Below are positions 13,761 through 26,090 of a DNA stretch of 64,000 nucleotides, in pieces. The notes under the pieces are model-generated. The model was not told the origin of the DNA and made no database searches. It saw nothing but the letters and a program-made list of their open reading frames with translations. A program made the translations under genes and the position numbers. The DNA is from Camelus ferus. Taxonomy: Eukaryota. Numbering within the stretch: position 1 is the first letter of the stretch; every line of letters starts with the position of its first letter. The stretch spans positions 4,156,001 to 4,220,000 of the forward strand of contig NC_045697.1 of NCBI RefSeq assembly GCF_009834535.1, read 5' to 3'.

Positions 13761-16700
13761 TATGAGAAGGCAGGGTCACCGAAGCAGAGGGGAGGAGGGT
13801 GGGGTGACCCACAGGGAGGAAGCTGCCGAGAGGTCAGCTAAGGAAGGAGGCCTGCAGCTCGTCCATTGGTTCCAGGCACAGGAAAGTCACTCTCAACACG
13901 GCTGAGACCGGAAGTGTCTTTTTTGGGAGGCACGGTGGGCTGGTGAGAAGCCAGGTTGGCGGAGGGCTCCAGCAGTGAGTGGGGGATGGGGAAGAGGAGT
14001 TGGTGAATGTGGATGTGTTTTTGGCATCCTGTTGTGAAGAAGAGAGCACAGCACAGGGCTGGCAGCTGGCAGGGGACGCAGAGTCAGAACTGTTTTTTTA
14101 AACGTGGAAAAGATCTGAGCAGGTTTTGCCAAGGGGAGTGCCAAAAGTGATGTTGACCAATTTCACCCTCAGAGAGGTCCTCTCCACTCACCCTTCATAA
14201 AATAGACTCCCCCTTCCATCTCCATCCCTGCACCCACTTTCTCTTCTCACTCGTCAGGACCTCCATGTTACATATTCACATCATCACGTTGATCTCACTC
14301 CACTAATAGGTCACCCCCACGGGAGTAGAGAGTTCCATCTGTTTTGTTCTCATTACCCATGTGCTGGATATGTGCCTGCACATAGTAGGTGCCCAACCCA
14401 CATTTGTCATGAATGAATGAAAGAACAGGGATGAGTCTATACAGAGAGAGAGGCTGGAGTCAGGAAGACAGAGAGGCAGGATTGGAAGCTCAGCCTTGTG
14501 CCAAGGGACAGGGACCCAGGCAGATACAGAAAGAGGAAGCAGTGGATGGCATGAGATTCAGTGGGGTGAACAGGGGAGAGAGCAGGAGGTTGAGTGGGGG
14601 ACTTGGTTCTGATGTGGGTGCTTCAGGAGAATGGAGGGGACAGTGCGGAGGAGCCCTGAGGGAGTCAGAGGAGACTGCATGTGTGTGTGTGTGGGGGGGG
14701 GTCATGCAGAGGGGTCCAGCCTTGCGGTCCTGCGAGGTTGAAGGCCACCAACTCCAGGGTCCCCAGCCTGGCTTGGAGGCTGGTTTGGAGGCTGATGAAA
14801 GGATCACTGTGTTTGGCCAGGGTAAGGCTCATTTACTGTGATCCAGGGCATCCTGGAAGACAGGGTGGGTGTTCCAGCAGGATTGACAGTTGGGGAGAAT
14901 GGGGTGAGGGGGGTCTCCACAAGATCTCAGAGGAGATGCTCAGCATGATGATGCTAACATTCTAGAGCAACCTTGAGGCAGGCCCCTGCTAAGGATGAAC
15001 TGGCCACACCTTGTGATTATGTCCTTGTGATTATGTCCATCTAACAGGCAAGGTTGTGCTTGCCTGGGGCCCCTGAGCTGTCAGGACTCAAGCCCAGTCT
15101 GTCCATCTTCCAGCGTCTGATGCTGTAGCCATTCTGCTACAATGAGTGAGAGAGGTGAACAGGGAAATGGACAGAAGTGGGGTGCTGGGTTCTGGTGTGA
15201 GGTGCAGGGCACTTGAGCAGACCAAGATGGGTGAGAAAGGACGTGGATGTCAGCCTCCTTCACATCCTGAGGGTCCCTGCATTTACCTGGTCTTTGCACT
15301 GGACTTGCACACCTGTGCTGTGAGGTGGACCACTGTGAGAAAGCTGAGGCTGGGACAGGTTGGGGACCTTCCTGGCCACTGAGCAACCAGGTGGTGGCAC
15401 TGACAGAGCCCCAGGCCCCTCCTGGGTCCTGCCCTTTCCATTATGACCTGCACGGTGCTGGGAGAGCACCTTGTGCTCCTGCTCAGGGGCCCGTCCTGGG
15501 CGTGTCTGCAGGATGAGAACCCAGCTCTGGCCCCAGAGTCGGCCTCCCGCCCACTAGCAAGAAACCTTGGGCGGCTTCCACCTTTCCCAGTCTTTCCCAT
15601 AGCCCCATCCTTCTGCCCCAGCCCCGACTGGACTCTCCTGCCTCCACTGCAGTTTGGGGAACTGGCTGGAGTCCCCAAAAAGCCAGTTGAGAGGAGTAGA
15701 GTGTCACAGAATTGCGGGGCTAGGGGAGACCAGCCTCACCTCCCACCTGGGGCTTGAACCCCCGTCTCCTTAGCCCAGAAGCCTCTTTAGCCGTGGTTAC
15801 CCTTCTCTCTTTCCAAACAGGTTTTGCTGAGCATCTAGGAAGGCCTGCTTGGGGTGGTATGGGGGGGGGCGTGGCAGCAGTGGAAGTTGATCCATACCCA
15901 CTCCAACACCTCTGAGGCCCCCACTGGGGTATGTGCTCCCTGCAGGGCACTCAGTTCCAGGCAAGGGGTCAGCCTGGAGGAGGTGGCAGCTCGCCAAAAG
16001 AGGGAACAAATAGTTTTTGAATGCCTGCTCTGTGTGAGGCACTGTGTGTGTGTGTGGGTGGGTGGGGGGGCGGGCGGCGATAATGACTAAGGGAAGGGAG
16101 GGGGTGCTTTTCTGCCTGGCAGGAGGAGGGACCCGCATCTTCCAGCCTGTTTTTTGGAGAGTACCCAGCACTGTTTCTAAATATCACAGGTGAGCATGAG
16201 GAGAGATCACGGAGTTCTGCTTGGAGGAGGCCAGCTACCTCACCCACAGTTCTGCCTTGTTTGTAGGGTGCTGATACTCCCCAAATCGGCCCCCCAGCTT
16301 CTTCCCACGGGTCTAGTTTCGCGCTCCAGAGGGCCCTGGGAACTCGTCTGACCCACCCTCTTCTACCAACGAAGGGGGCTCTTGTCCTGCCTTTTCTTTC
16401 CACACCCGCCCCAGTGAAGTCTCCCATTCTCCAGATGCGCCACCTTCAGCTGCCGCGCGCCCCTCCCTTCCCTGTCCTTCTTGTCGCTGCCCTCTGCCCA
16501 GCGAGGCTGCCCATCGGCCCTCCCCTTTTCTAGTCACCCCACCCACGGGCCGTCTCTTTAGTAAGTGAAGTACCTGGGCACGCAAGGTGCCTCGCAAAAG
16601 CTCAGCTGGCCAGTGTCCCCCGCAAGCTGGCCATTGCCTTCCTTCCGCCCCAGCTGACGCACCTAGGCACCGAAGGTGCCCACCCGCGAGGCCCGGAGCG

Positions 16701-16820
16701 CCGAGGCGCGGCCTCTGCCGGGGTGCGGCCCCACCTGCGGGGTGCTGGGCGGCGGGCGCGCGGCGGGCGGCGCGGGCCGCGGGGGCGGAGGAGCGGGCGG
16801 CGCGAGGGAGGGGCCTGCTA

Positions 16821-16844
16821 CGGCGGCGGCGGCGGCGGCGGCGG
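16821..16844 (+). repeat. (CGG)8 trinucleotide repeat
   Basis: Read directly from sequence. Confidence 0.95.
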
Positions 16845-16914
16845 CCGCGGCCCCAGCCCGCGCAGCCCGGCTCGGCCCCCGGCTCGGTCGGCGCAGCGCC
16901 GCGCGCGTCCCCTC

Positions 16915-16928
16915 CCGCCGCTGCCGCT

Positions 16929-16960
<32 letters not shown>

Positions 16961-16999
16961 AGCCAGGCGCACCGGCACCAGGCCGCCGCCGCCGCCGCC
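16915..16999 (+). repeat. (CCG)2 CTG CCG CTG (CCG)10, then (GCC)6 at 16982-16999
   Basis: Read directly from sequence. Confidence 0.95.
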
Positions 17000-17045
17000 G
17001 CACCGCCGCCGGGCGCACGGACGCAGCGCGCCCGGGCCGGCCGGG

Positions 17046-17336
17046 ATGCGCGCCCGGGCCCCGGCCCGCCCCCACCCGCGGCCACCGCCTGCCCGCCGCG
17101 GCGCTCGCCTGACCGCGGCGACCGCCCCGGCCGCCCTCCGCCCGTCCCCGGCCGCCCCAGGCCGCGATGCCCGCCCCCCGGGGCCCCGGCGGCCCGCGCC
17201 CCTGCTAGGCTGCGGCGGCATGGCCCGCGCGCCCCGCGCGACCTCTGCGGATTGCATCGGTGTGCGGCGGCGGGGCATGCCCAGGGCACCGGGCACGGCC
17301 TTCAATGGGCGAGGACACGGACACGCGGAAAATTAA
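17046..17336 (+). other. Upstream overlapping ORF (ATGs at 17046, 17220, 17277, one frame; stop TAA 17334-17336 inside the PPP2R2C CDS)
   Basis: Three in-frame ATGs, out of frame with the main ATG. Translation depends on the TSS lying upstream of them. Confidence 0.5.
17167..17208 (+). other. Short uORF MPAPRGPGGPRPC*
   Basis: ATG at 17167, TAG at 17206-17208. Confidence 0.5.
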
Positions 17337-17374
17337 CCACAGCTTCCTGCGGGACCACAGCTATGTGACTGAAG
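17305..17374 (+). CDS. PPP2R2C: First coding exon of PP2A regulatory subunit B55-gamma (70 nt, phase-1 intron follows)
   Basis: ATG at 17305 translates [23 protein letters not shown] + G, matching the recalled PPP2R2C N-terminus (which continues ADIISTVEF in exon 2). It is followed immediately by donor AAG|GTAACG at 17375 and lies in a CpG island. Confidence 0.95.
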
Positions 17375-19699
17375 GTAACGTACGTGTTGTCTGAGGCCCC
17401 CTCCGGCCCGCCGCGGCGTGGGGATGCCGTCGCACCGAATGCCCTCCGAAGGTTTGGACCGCGCGCTGTGTGTCGTGTCCCCCCGCCCCACCCTACCCTC
17501 ACCCCGTCCCGGGTCCCGGAGGGAGGGAGCCTGAGGGCGCCGGCCTCCGCTGCCCGCTGCCCAGCGATCCGAGAGGGCAGCGCCCTCCGCGCCAACCTCT
17601 GGCAGGCAGCTTTCCGCCCCCAGGCCCAGGGCATCCTGAATCGGCCCTGGCCCTCATTTTTTAAAAGACCACCTCTGTGGCAAATCTGGTGAAGAAATTC
17701 TGGGGCAATTTAGTGGCCTAGGCCATTTCAGCCCTGCCCAAAGCCCGCAGAATTTTCTAGGCTGCCCGTTCCCCGCAGACGAAGAGGGACCCAGAAAGAA
17801 AAAAAAAATTCCATTGCCAGGGTTCCCTGGAGGCTCACTGTCTTGGGCCCCTCCCTGTGCCTCCAGAGACGGGGTCCCTAGTGGGTGGGGGGAAGGCGGC
17901 TGACTTGGGTTTGATCCTTTATTCCTGGCGAGTTAAACTGAGACAGGAGCAGCTGGCCCTAAACTGTCAGAATTTTCCAAAAAAGTGGGACATGCTACCC
18001 CAAACGGCTCCTGCATGAAACCCCCTAAATTGGCCCTGGAGCTCAACCCCACCCCCACCCAGAGGACAGTGGGATCTAGGGTCAGCGGCCCTCTCTTATC
18101 AGCCAGTAACTTCCAAGGGTCCCTCTTCTCCACCTTGTCCAGGGAACGGTGGGGACAGCTCAAGGGCTGCAGACAGGGGCCGGCGGAGGGGAGCCTCCAC
18201 TGAGGATGGGGAGAGCTAGCCTCCGGGTGTCAGCATGCAACGGTGGGGACACTTGTGCTGGAGACCTTCCTGGGTTAGGGACTGTCTGCATCTTCCCTAG
18301 GGGCTGCTGGGCTGGCTGCAGAAGTGTGGGTGCCTCAGTGGGAGGGGCCCTGGGCATTGCGCGCGGCGGGTCTAGGGCGCGTGGGAGCCTGTGTCAGGGA
18401 ACCTGTGTGGGCAGTGACTCGATTCCCGGGTGCTGTCCGCTGCGCTGGTGCCTGGCTGTGCCGGAAATAAGGCCGGGCCGGTAGCCGGAGCCCTGCGGAG
18501 GCCGGGGGGAGCCCTGGGCCAGGGCCGGGAGGGCTCCCAGGAGGCCTGACCCAAGCTAGCGGAGGCTGGGTGTGTAACCTGGGCGGAGAGATGCTGAGGA
18601 GTGGCGTTACCCAGCTCTGCTCCCGGAGGAGAATCGCTGAGTCACGCTTTGCTGATGGATGTGTGTGTGGAGAGGGGTGAGGGCTCTGCCCTGAGCTAGG
18701 GGTTTCCGGGGGCCCAGGGAGCTGAAAGGGGTCCTTTGTCGCCTGCCTTGGAGAGGCTGAGGAAGGATCAGCATGTGTCCTGGGTGTTCTTTCTGCTGGC
18801 AGCCTGCTGAGAGGCAGAGGGGAAAGGCCGCTGGGTGCTGGCAGGTGCCCCAGTGGTCTGGCTCCTGCCGGGAGAGAGGATCTTGGCAGGTCGTTCTGGT
18901 CTGGCTTTGTGGAGGAAACCTCTGTTTTGGCATCTTTACATTAAGGAGGAGGGGACAGAGTGCTGGGCTCTGTGATTAAAGTAAAAAGCACCGTGCCTGA
19001 CCCATTGTGAACGTTGCAAACCCTAATTCCTTCTTTTTCCTGTCTCCCCTGCCTTCTTTCCTACATTCACCAGCTCTTAGAAGGGAAGAACAGAGGAGGA
19101 ATGCATAGTTATCAGAGTAAGAAGTGATGGTTTTTAATTCTTCATTCATGCAACAAATACTTACGTGTGCCAGTCACTATTTTAGCCCTGGGGACTGGAC
19201 ACAGGTCCTCCCCTGGGCAGCCTGTGTTCTAGGAGGGAGCCCTGTGATGTAGACGAATCTCTTTTCCCCATCTGTGAAATGGGATTGAATAATCCCATCC
19301 CGCTTATAGGTTTTGGGGGTTCTTTGTGGATCAGATGAGAGGGTGGATGGAGGAACCACTTGGAAACTATTAACTGTCAACTGGCAGTCCGAGTATGGTG
19401 AGAACCCATCATGATCTGGGGCCTCACACGAGCTCCACATACCCCATTTTATAGTTGAGGAAACCAAGGCTGACCTTTGTCCACATCCCAGACTGAATGC
19501 CAGTGTGTGTAGGCCATAGAGCTCTGGTCCTAGGGATGCAGAGAAGAATCAGACCCAAGGTTCCTGCCCTCAGGGAAAGCAGGGTCTAGAAGAGAAAGCA
19601 GTAACAATAATTACTAGAATTATATGAAATTGCTGGCCTCCCTGCATGGAAACAGACTTTCCCACTGTTGCGTGTTGGCTGCATTTTGTGCTTGGAGCA

Positions 19700-19930
19700 C
19701 AGAGGAGGTCACAGATTTGGATGTCAGACAGACTTGTGTTCAAATCCTGCTTCTGTCTCTTCATGTGCTGTGCAACCTTGGACAAGTTACTAAATCTTCC
19801 TGAGCTTCACTTGTTCCCTTTAAAGGGAGAAACAGTAAGTAGTGACTTATCTTACAAGGTTGTTGGGATGGTCAGTGGTGATGCTCATAGAGAAAGTATC
19901 TGGCACAGTGTTTATTGAAAGCATTGCACA
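19700..19930. mobile_element. MIR SINE
   Basis: GTTCAAATCCTGCTTCTG..CCTTGGACAAGTTACTAAATCTTCCTGAGCTTCA. Confidence 0.7.
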
Positions 19931-20927
19931 GATGGCATTGTTATCATTTAAGTCTTGTTCCTGGAGGAATGTCACAAGCAAATAGTGGATCCTGGGAATT
20001 TGCAGAAGAGCCAGGTATACAAATTCCTATTCCACATGGTCATTTGGCCACAAGCACTCACAACCCCCCAGTGGCTCTGATCGACTTCCTGTTCCCTAAG
20101 CAGACTGTTTTTCATTTTTTTCAGGGTATTTGCACTGGCTTTGTGCACTGCCTGGAACACACACCTCCTTCTCTTAGTTCTCATCCTTTAGGTCTCAAGT
20201 TAAATGTCATCTTCACCAGTGGGAGTCTCGTTTGAGTTTCCTCTTATAAAATCTTAAATATCTTGTGCCCAGTTTAGGTTTTGTTAGTCATTCACACCTT
20301 GGTATGAATTAGAGCAGCTTTTTTTTTTTTTTTTTTTTTCCTGAACTCTTGGCTCAGCTCAGCTGAATGGGGACTATTGTGATCATTAGGCAGGGGTGCA
20401 GACCACCATGGGCACAGAGAACTTTGCAGGGATGGGTGGGTGTTGGGGGGAGCAATACAGTTGAGGTTCTTAGGTTGGTGGAAGGACCTAGGCCCTAGAG
20501 AATGGGACCCCAGGGATAGGAGAACGCCAGGGAGTCTCTGCTTAAACTTTTCTCCAGAGCCAGATGTGGCTTCAGGAAGGACTCTTCCTGACTGTGTTCT
20601 CTTGCTGCAGCCCCAGGACTCAGCTTTAGGGTGAGTTAAACAGGTATTTTCTAGGCTAGCCTGGATCTACAAACTCCATCCATCCTCCCTCATGTAGTAG
20701 CATTTACCAAGCACATCCTCCTCTGGGTCTGCCCTGGGCAGGCAGTGATGGACCAGGGTAATCCCATCCCGCTTCCGGTGACTGTTCCAGAATGGATGTA
20801 GGAGTCCTTTCTGGAGGTTGAGTGGGAAGCAGAGAGCTGTGGGAGGCTGGTCCCCTTCTTGTGAAGGAGCATGGACACCCCCTTTGTTGCCGGCAGTGAC
20901 CTTGAGACCATGGAGGAAGCAAGTCTT

Positions 20928-21571
20928 TTTTTTTTTTAATTTACGTATAGTCGATTTACAATGTTGTGTTAATTTCTGGTGTACAGCATAGTGACTCAGT
21001 TATGTATCTATATCTATAGCTATATCTATCTTTTCGTATTCTTTTTCATTACAGGCTATTACAAGGTACTGAATATATTGAATATATCCTGAATATATTG
21101 AATATATCCTGAATATATTGAATATATCCTGTGTTATACAGTAGGTACTTGCTGTTTATCTATTTTATATACAGTAGTTAGTATCTGCAAATACCAGACT
21201 CCCAATTTATCGCTCCACCCCACTTCTCCCCTGGTAACCACAAGTTTGTTTTCTGTGAGTCTGTTTCTGTTTTGTAAATAAATTCATTTGTCTCATTTTC
21301 TAAGATTACACATGTAAGTGATATCATATGATATTTTTCTTTCTCTTTCTGGCTAATTCCACTTATTATGACAATCTCCAGATCCATCCATGTTGCTGAA
21401 AATGGCATTGTTTTACTTTTTATGGCTAAGTAGTATTCCATTGTACGTATACACCGCATCTTCTTTATCTAGTCATCTGTCAGTGGACATTTATGTTGCT
21501 TCCACGTCTTGGCTGTTGTAAATAGTGCTGCTGTGAACATTGGGGTGCAGGTATCTTTTCAAATTAGAGTT
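20928..21571 (-). mobile_element. 5'-truncated young L1 3' end (cetartiodactyl/camelid type)
   Basis: Poly(T) at 20926-20937; ORF2 C-terminal remnant (TMEYYLAIK..MPFSATWMDLEIVIIS); approximate TSD TGGAGGAAGCAAGTCTT (20911-20927) / TGGAGGGAGCAGGTCTT (21572-21588). Confidence 0.9.
21071..21130. repeat. Perfect 20-bp tandem repeat x3 (GAATATATTGAATATATCCT) inside the L1 3'UTR
   Basis: Read directly from sequence. Confidence 0.9.
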
Positions 21572-23210
21572 TGGAGGGAGCAGGTCTTAAGCAACAACAC
21601 TGTTGCTGGCAGAGCAGATGATGAGTGAGAACTGGGGACATTAGTGACATCTGTGACTCCTGGATTAACCAGGCCTGGCATCCACCCCATCTCTGTGCTC
21701 TGGTTCCATGAGCTGCTGCATTTACTCAGTGTTTCAGACTTTAAGCCAAGTCTCTGCTCCTTGAAGCCAGTTGCACCCTGACTCCCACGGCCGTTTCTGG
21801 TGATTGGGAAGACAGAAAGGCTGCCCTGTCTCTCATGACCAGAATACGAGATACATAAAACCAGGAGGGGTGGTGATTTGTTTGCTGTCTGTTTTAGAAA
21901 TCCTCTGTGATCTCTTTTATGCACACATGTCAGAGCTGCAGTTTGGTTTCCCCGCCTTGGCCCCAGTGAGGAGGCGTTTCCAGCCAGAAGAGGTATCCCA
22001 AGATCGGGAGTCTTGTGTTTCCGGTGGGGTCTACTCTGGGGCTGTGATCCTGGGCAGCTCTGTCTGAGCCTCAGTTTCTTCTCCAGGTTGTTGCTTAGAT
22101 CGCTTGGAACGAGGGATGTGCAGTTGTTTGATGCTGGCGCATCTTTTCTGTGGACTCCCCACCGTGCGTCGTGAATGGAGCACTCCCAGTGAACTCGTGG
22201 CATTAAATGGCTTGGTGTGTGTGATCGTGCCCAGCCCAGGGCCTGGGGCACAGTCAGTACTTAATAAATATTGTCCATAAATAACAATGCCCATTCTTTA
22301 GGGGTTAGAGTTAGACTAGCCCTTAGGACTGTCTTTAGGCTGGTAACCCAACTCCATCTCCGCCCCTGGGAGGTTGGGCTGAGAGGGTAGGTTAGATGCG
22401 TCAGAGACCTAAACCAGCCCAGAGGGAGAGTGGGAGAGGCAGCCTTTGGTTTTTGAAATCTTTGTTCCTTTTGCTTCTGCTTAGGACTGTCCCTTCCATG
22501 TGCTTTCCTGGGGTTTCATGACCCCACATTGTCTTTGTTTCAGACGTTGTGGCAGGGAAGGAGGCTGCGATGGGACACCGATAGGTGTCCTCTGTTAAGG
22601 CACATCGCCTCCTGATTCTCAGGGATCCTGCATTGCTCCCTGCCCTGGGTTGTCACAAAGCTCTAAGGAGCAAAGGCCATGAGGACTCCAAAGGTACGCC
22701 CTTGGGCAAGGGTTACTGTTGTTATCAGTTTCCCCAAACTGCCTGTAGGCCAGCCCTGCGTCCTGAGGTATCAATCCCCACTTAAAGGCTGGTGCAGTCA
22801 CACAGTAGGGTTTTCTCATTTTCTTTCTGCAAGATGGAAATTAAATGCTAATAAAATGTTTCCACATCATCTCCCGGTTGTTTTTACTTGCTACAGCTTT
22901 GGGGTTTTATCCTTAAAGCCAGCAGAGCTAAGGGATGTTTCTATACGAGGTGTTTTAGGTCTTGAGACCCAGAAGTGTGGCTGCCTGAAATGCTGTGGCT
23001 TAAGGGGGAGGATTGCAGATTAATAATGCAGGTGAAGAGGAAAGAACAGTCTCTAGATACGTGTTTTTAGCCATTTGCAGTAGCTCCTTACAGTCTTTTT
23101 TAATGCCCATGTCTGTTTTTAATAAAAATTGTAACTATCTATATGAACAACTTTGGAGGGTACTTTTCTCATTAAGCATGAGGTTATGAGAATTTTGCCG
23201 TGCTTTGCTA

Positions 23211-24179
23211 TAGGGCGGGTTTCGTGGGTGTGCAACCCATGAAGGCCCTGTACTTGGAAGGACCCCAAGCTTGGTTTAAAGCTCTGCTCTCCCTGTCTTG
23301 AAACTGTTAATAATTTTATCTTTGAACCGTGTTTGTGAGACATCTGACGGGACAGTGGAGCACACGTGTGGGCAGAGGTGACACGTGTGAAAAGCGATTC
23401 CACTGCTCCTGCTGAGGCTTCCATAACATGCTTACCTTGTGTCAGTTTGAGTGTCACTGTGCTCCCACGTGTCCTGAGGCCACAGAATTTTGTGTTTAGG
23501 CACCGATCAGCATGCCCCTGGTTGCATAAGCAGGGACACTGACAGCCCAGAGAAGCCATGCTTTCGTTTGAACCAGAACTTGTTTTGAATGTGGAAAGAA
23601 GCCAGTGACATTCTAAGAAGCACAAGGACCAAGGAACCCTCTCATATCCTTTGTTACTCACGTGACATCTCTGGGCTAGCTAATCACTGATGCTGAAAAT
23701 GATGACACCAAAGAAAGGGAAAGATAAGACAGCCATGGTTCCTGTTCCTTCAACCCGTATTCATCATTGAGCGGAGGGTAGAGATGTGTGTCTAGAATGT
23801 GTGAGCATCGAAAGGTGAAATAAAAACAGATGAGTTGGTTTCACAGTGTTTCCACCACTCCGGTAAGAACTAGGTCCGTTCACATGAAGGAGCTACCATG
23901 GACGAATTGTGGATTTCGTGATTCTGCGTTCCGCTTCCGTGCTCTTCTATTTGTATTTAAAACTGGAATTGCACAATAGAATGAGCTATAAAATTAATGC
24001 CAAAAAATTAAACTTTTTTTTCATTTTTCCAGTTGGCATTAAATAGCAAATACGTGAGGCAACGCATGGCAAAAATGAGAACCCTTTATATTGTTGTACC
24101 TTCAATGACGCTTTTCCCGACTTCTTTTCTCTGCATTTTCAGTTTGCGCTGGGCCGCGCAAGTGCTAGAGCTGGCCCTG
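23211..24179 (+). mobile_element. MER45B/C-like hAT-Tip100 DNA transposon
   Basis: Starts (T)AGGGCGGGTTTCGTGGGTGTGCAACC..GCTTGGTTTAAAGCTCTGCT..GTCTTGAAA; ends TTTGCGCTGGGCC..GCTGGCCCTG (degenerate TIRs); ~970 bp. Confidence 0.7.
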
Positions 24180-25879
24180 TTTCACGGAAGGGGGAAGCCT
24201 GGAATTCCTGGGATGGGGAACTCCTTGGCCCCGCCTCCCACCCTCTTGGCTTTTGTGATTGGTGAAATGAATGAGAATGTGTCGCCCATTGGACAGTTTT
24301 TTCCCTGTTGGGCGGAGCTACAGTATTAAAGGTTCCTACTTCGTCTCCACCGTGGGGCCCCTCACCCCGCAGGCTTTTCCAAGAACTGGCTTACGGTTCC
24401 CTCCTTTCAGAATGCAGCCTTGAGACCTATCTCTCCCCACAGGCCCAAGGGGAGGGGCATGTGGAGTAGGGGTCCCTAGCTCATCCCCACCCCCACAAGT
24501 TTAGCATTAAGACAGATTTTTTTTTTGAGGTCCCACTTGTTCTTCCCTGTGAGTTCTCAAGTCCTAGCAGAGAAGAGGGGTGTGTAACTGGTTCCGTCAG
24601 CCCCTGCCCCCAGATTCCATCATTTTATTGGCTGCACACTCTTCCTGTGATAGGTGTCATAGTTCAGCTCATCAACCCCAGTTGTCAGATAATTAGGTTG
24701 CTTTTTTTCATGTTGTAACTAACACTGAGGGAAGGAATGCTATGTGTGTGGGAAGATACCCTCCCCCTACCTCTGGAATAATTTTCTTCGGAGAGAGCCC
24801 TGCAAATGCAATTTTATGTAAAAATTATGAACATGTTTAATGTTCTTGACACACATTGCCAAATTATTCTCCAGAAAGTTTCTCTTTTACCATGTGCTGA
24901 TAAGTATTAGGTATTCTAATTTGCTTGACCTCTGCAAATAGCATAGGTTAAAAAATTATTTTAATTCATATCTGAATACCAGTGAGGTTGCACACTTTCC
25001 CCCCTTTTGTTCAGCAGACATTTACAGACCCCTCTTATGTGCCGAGGGGATGTTAGGTGCTGGACATACAACAGTAAAGAACAAGGTCATTCACTTATTT
25101 GTTTAGTCAACAAATACTTCTGGAGCGCCTGCTATGTGCTCAGCACAGAAGCAGCCCACGTCCCTGGGGCAGGGAGGGTGAGGTAGGGGAGGGAGGAAAG
25201 GGAGAAGAGAGCTGAGGCCAGGGTCCCAAGGGGCACCCAGCATCTTAACAGGAGAGCTTTGGAGTCACAGACCCAAAGGAGTCCTGGGAGTGAAGGGGAG
25301 AAGGGCTGGCAGAAAGAAGGGTGGGTCCCCAGCCTTAACCACTGCCCTGCTGTCCGGACAAGCTCGGGAGCATCTCTCGGGCCCTTCCTCTCTGGGGCAC
25401 CCACACCCACTCAGCACCTGGTCCCCATGGGCTCTGCTTGGTGATGCTGTCTTCCCATGAGCCTTCATAGTCTCCACCCCTGGTTCTCCCTTTTGTCATG
25501 GAGAAGAGGTTCTCTCTGGTCCTTGATCTCCAGGATGGCTCCTCGCCCACCTGACACCCCCTCCCCAGTCTTACTGCCCAGGTCCCAAAAGGCACTGCTT
25601 TTAGAGCCCCACACTCTTGGTTTCATTTTGTGGACACAAGCCAGGCTGTGCCCTTGAAACGTGGGCCACCTCTCCCAGGGTCTTGGATACCTGTGAGGGT
25701 GGGCTGACGCAGGGTGGAGTCTTGGAGTTGCTGGTGGAATCCATGAGCCCCACAGCTCCCTGGGGAGTCCTGTTAGTTAAACCAGGTCCTACAAAGAGAC
25801 CCCTCACCAGTCAACCCTCCAACAAAATGACCCTGGTCTTTAGTATTAAATAATTTTAGAATAAACATAATAGCCATTA

Positions 25880-26090
25880 TAATAATTGACCATTTATTGA
25901 GCACATCCTCATGCCAGATGTGATGCTAAATGCGTCATCTTATGGGATCCTCACAAAACCCAGTGTGTGTGCGTGATCCCCATTTTACAAGGAGAAAACT
26001 GAGGCTCGGGCACTTGCCCAGCATCACATGGTTTAGTAAGGAGCAGAGCTGGGTTTTGAATGTGGGCCACCTGCTTGCAGAACCCACACC
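25880..26090. mobile_element. MIR SINE
   Basis: CCCCATTTTACAAGGAGAAAACTGAGGCTC..ACTTGCCCAGCATCACA. Confidence 0.7.

Larger units (their letters stand above)
16430..17640 (+). promoter_or_regulatory. PPP2R2C: CpG-island promoter / 5' leader of PPP2R2C
   Basis: Very high GC and CpG density, multiple GGGCGG/CCGCCC GC boxes, no obvious TATA box, surrounds the first coding exon. The exact TSS cannot be read from sequence. Confidence 0.9.

Noticed and set aside
15009..15036. 14-bp tandem duplication CCTTGTGATTATGT x2
   Set aside because: Ordinary slippage duplication with no sign of function.
16313..17368. Long ORFs (330, 249, 230, 208 aa) on both strands across the CpG island, with polyAla/polyArg/polyGly
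   Set aside because: Stop codons are depleted in very GC-rich DNA; most starts are GTG/TTG; the translations are low-complexity and resemble no known protein. Only the ATG-initiated part of one frame is kept, as a uORF.
18429..18449. Second RE1-like site on the minus strand (GGTGCTGTCCGCTGCGCTGGT)
   Set aside because: One half-site is good but the other has three mismatches; too degenerate to call without ChIP data.
21071..21130. CRISPR-like or other spaced repeat array
   Set aside because: Head-to-tail tandem repeat without spacers, inside an L1 in a mammalian genome.
21178..21459. ORF with apparent protein similarity (also 48477-48725)
   Set aside because: Translations of L1 ORF2 C-terminal remnants, not host genes.
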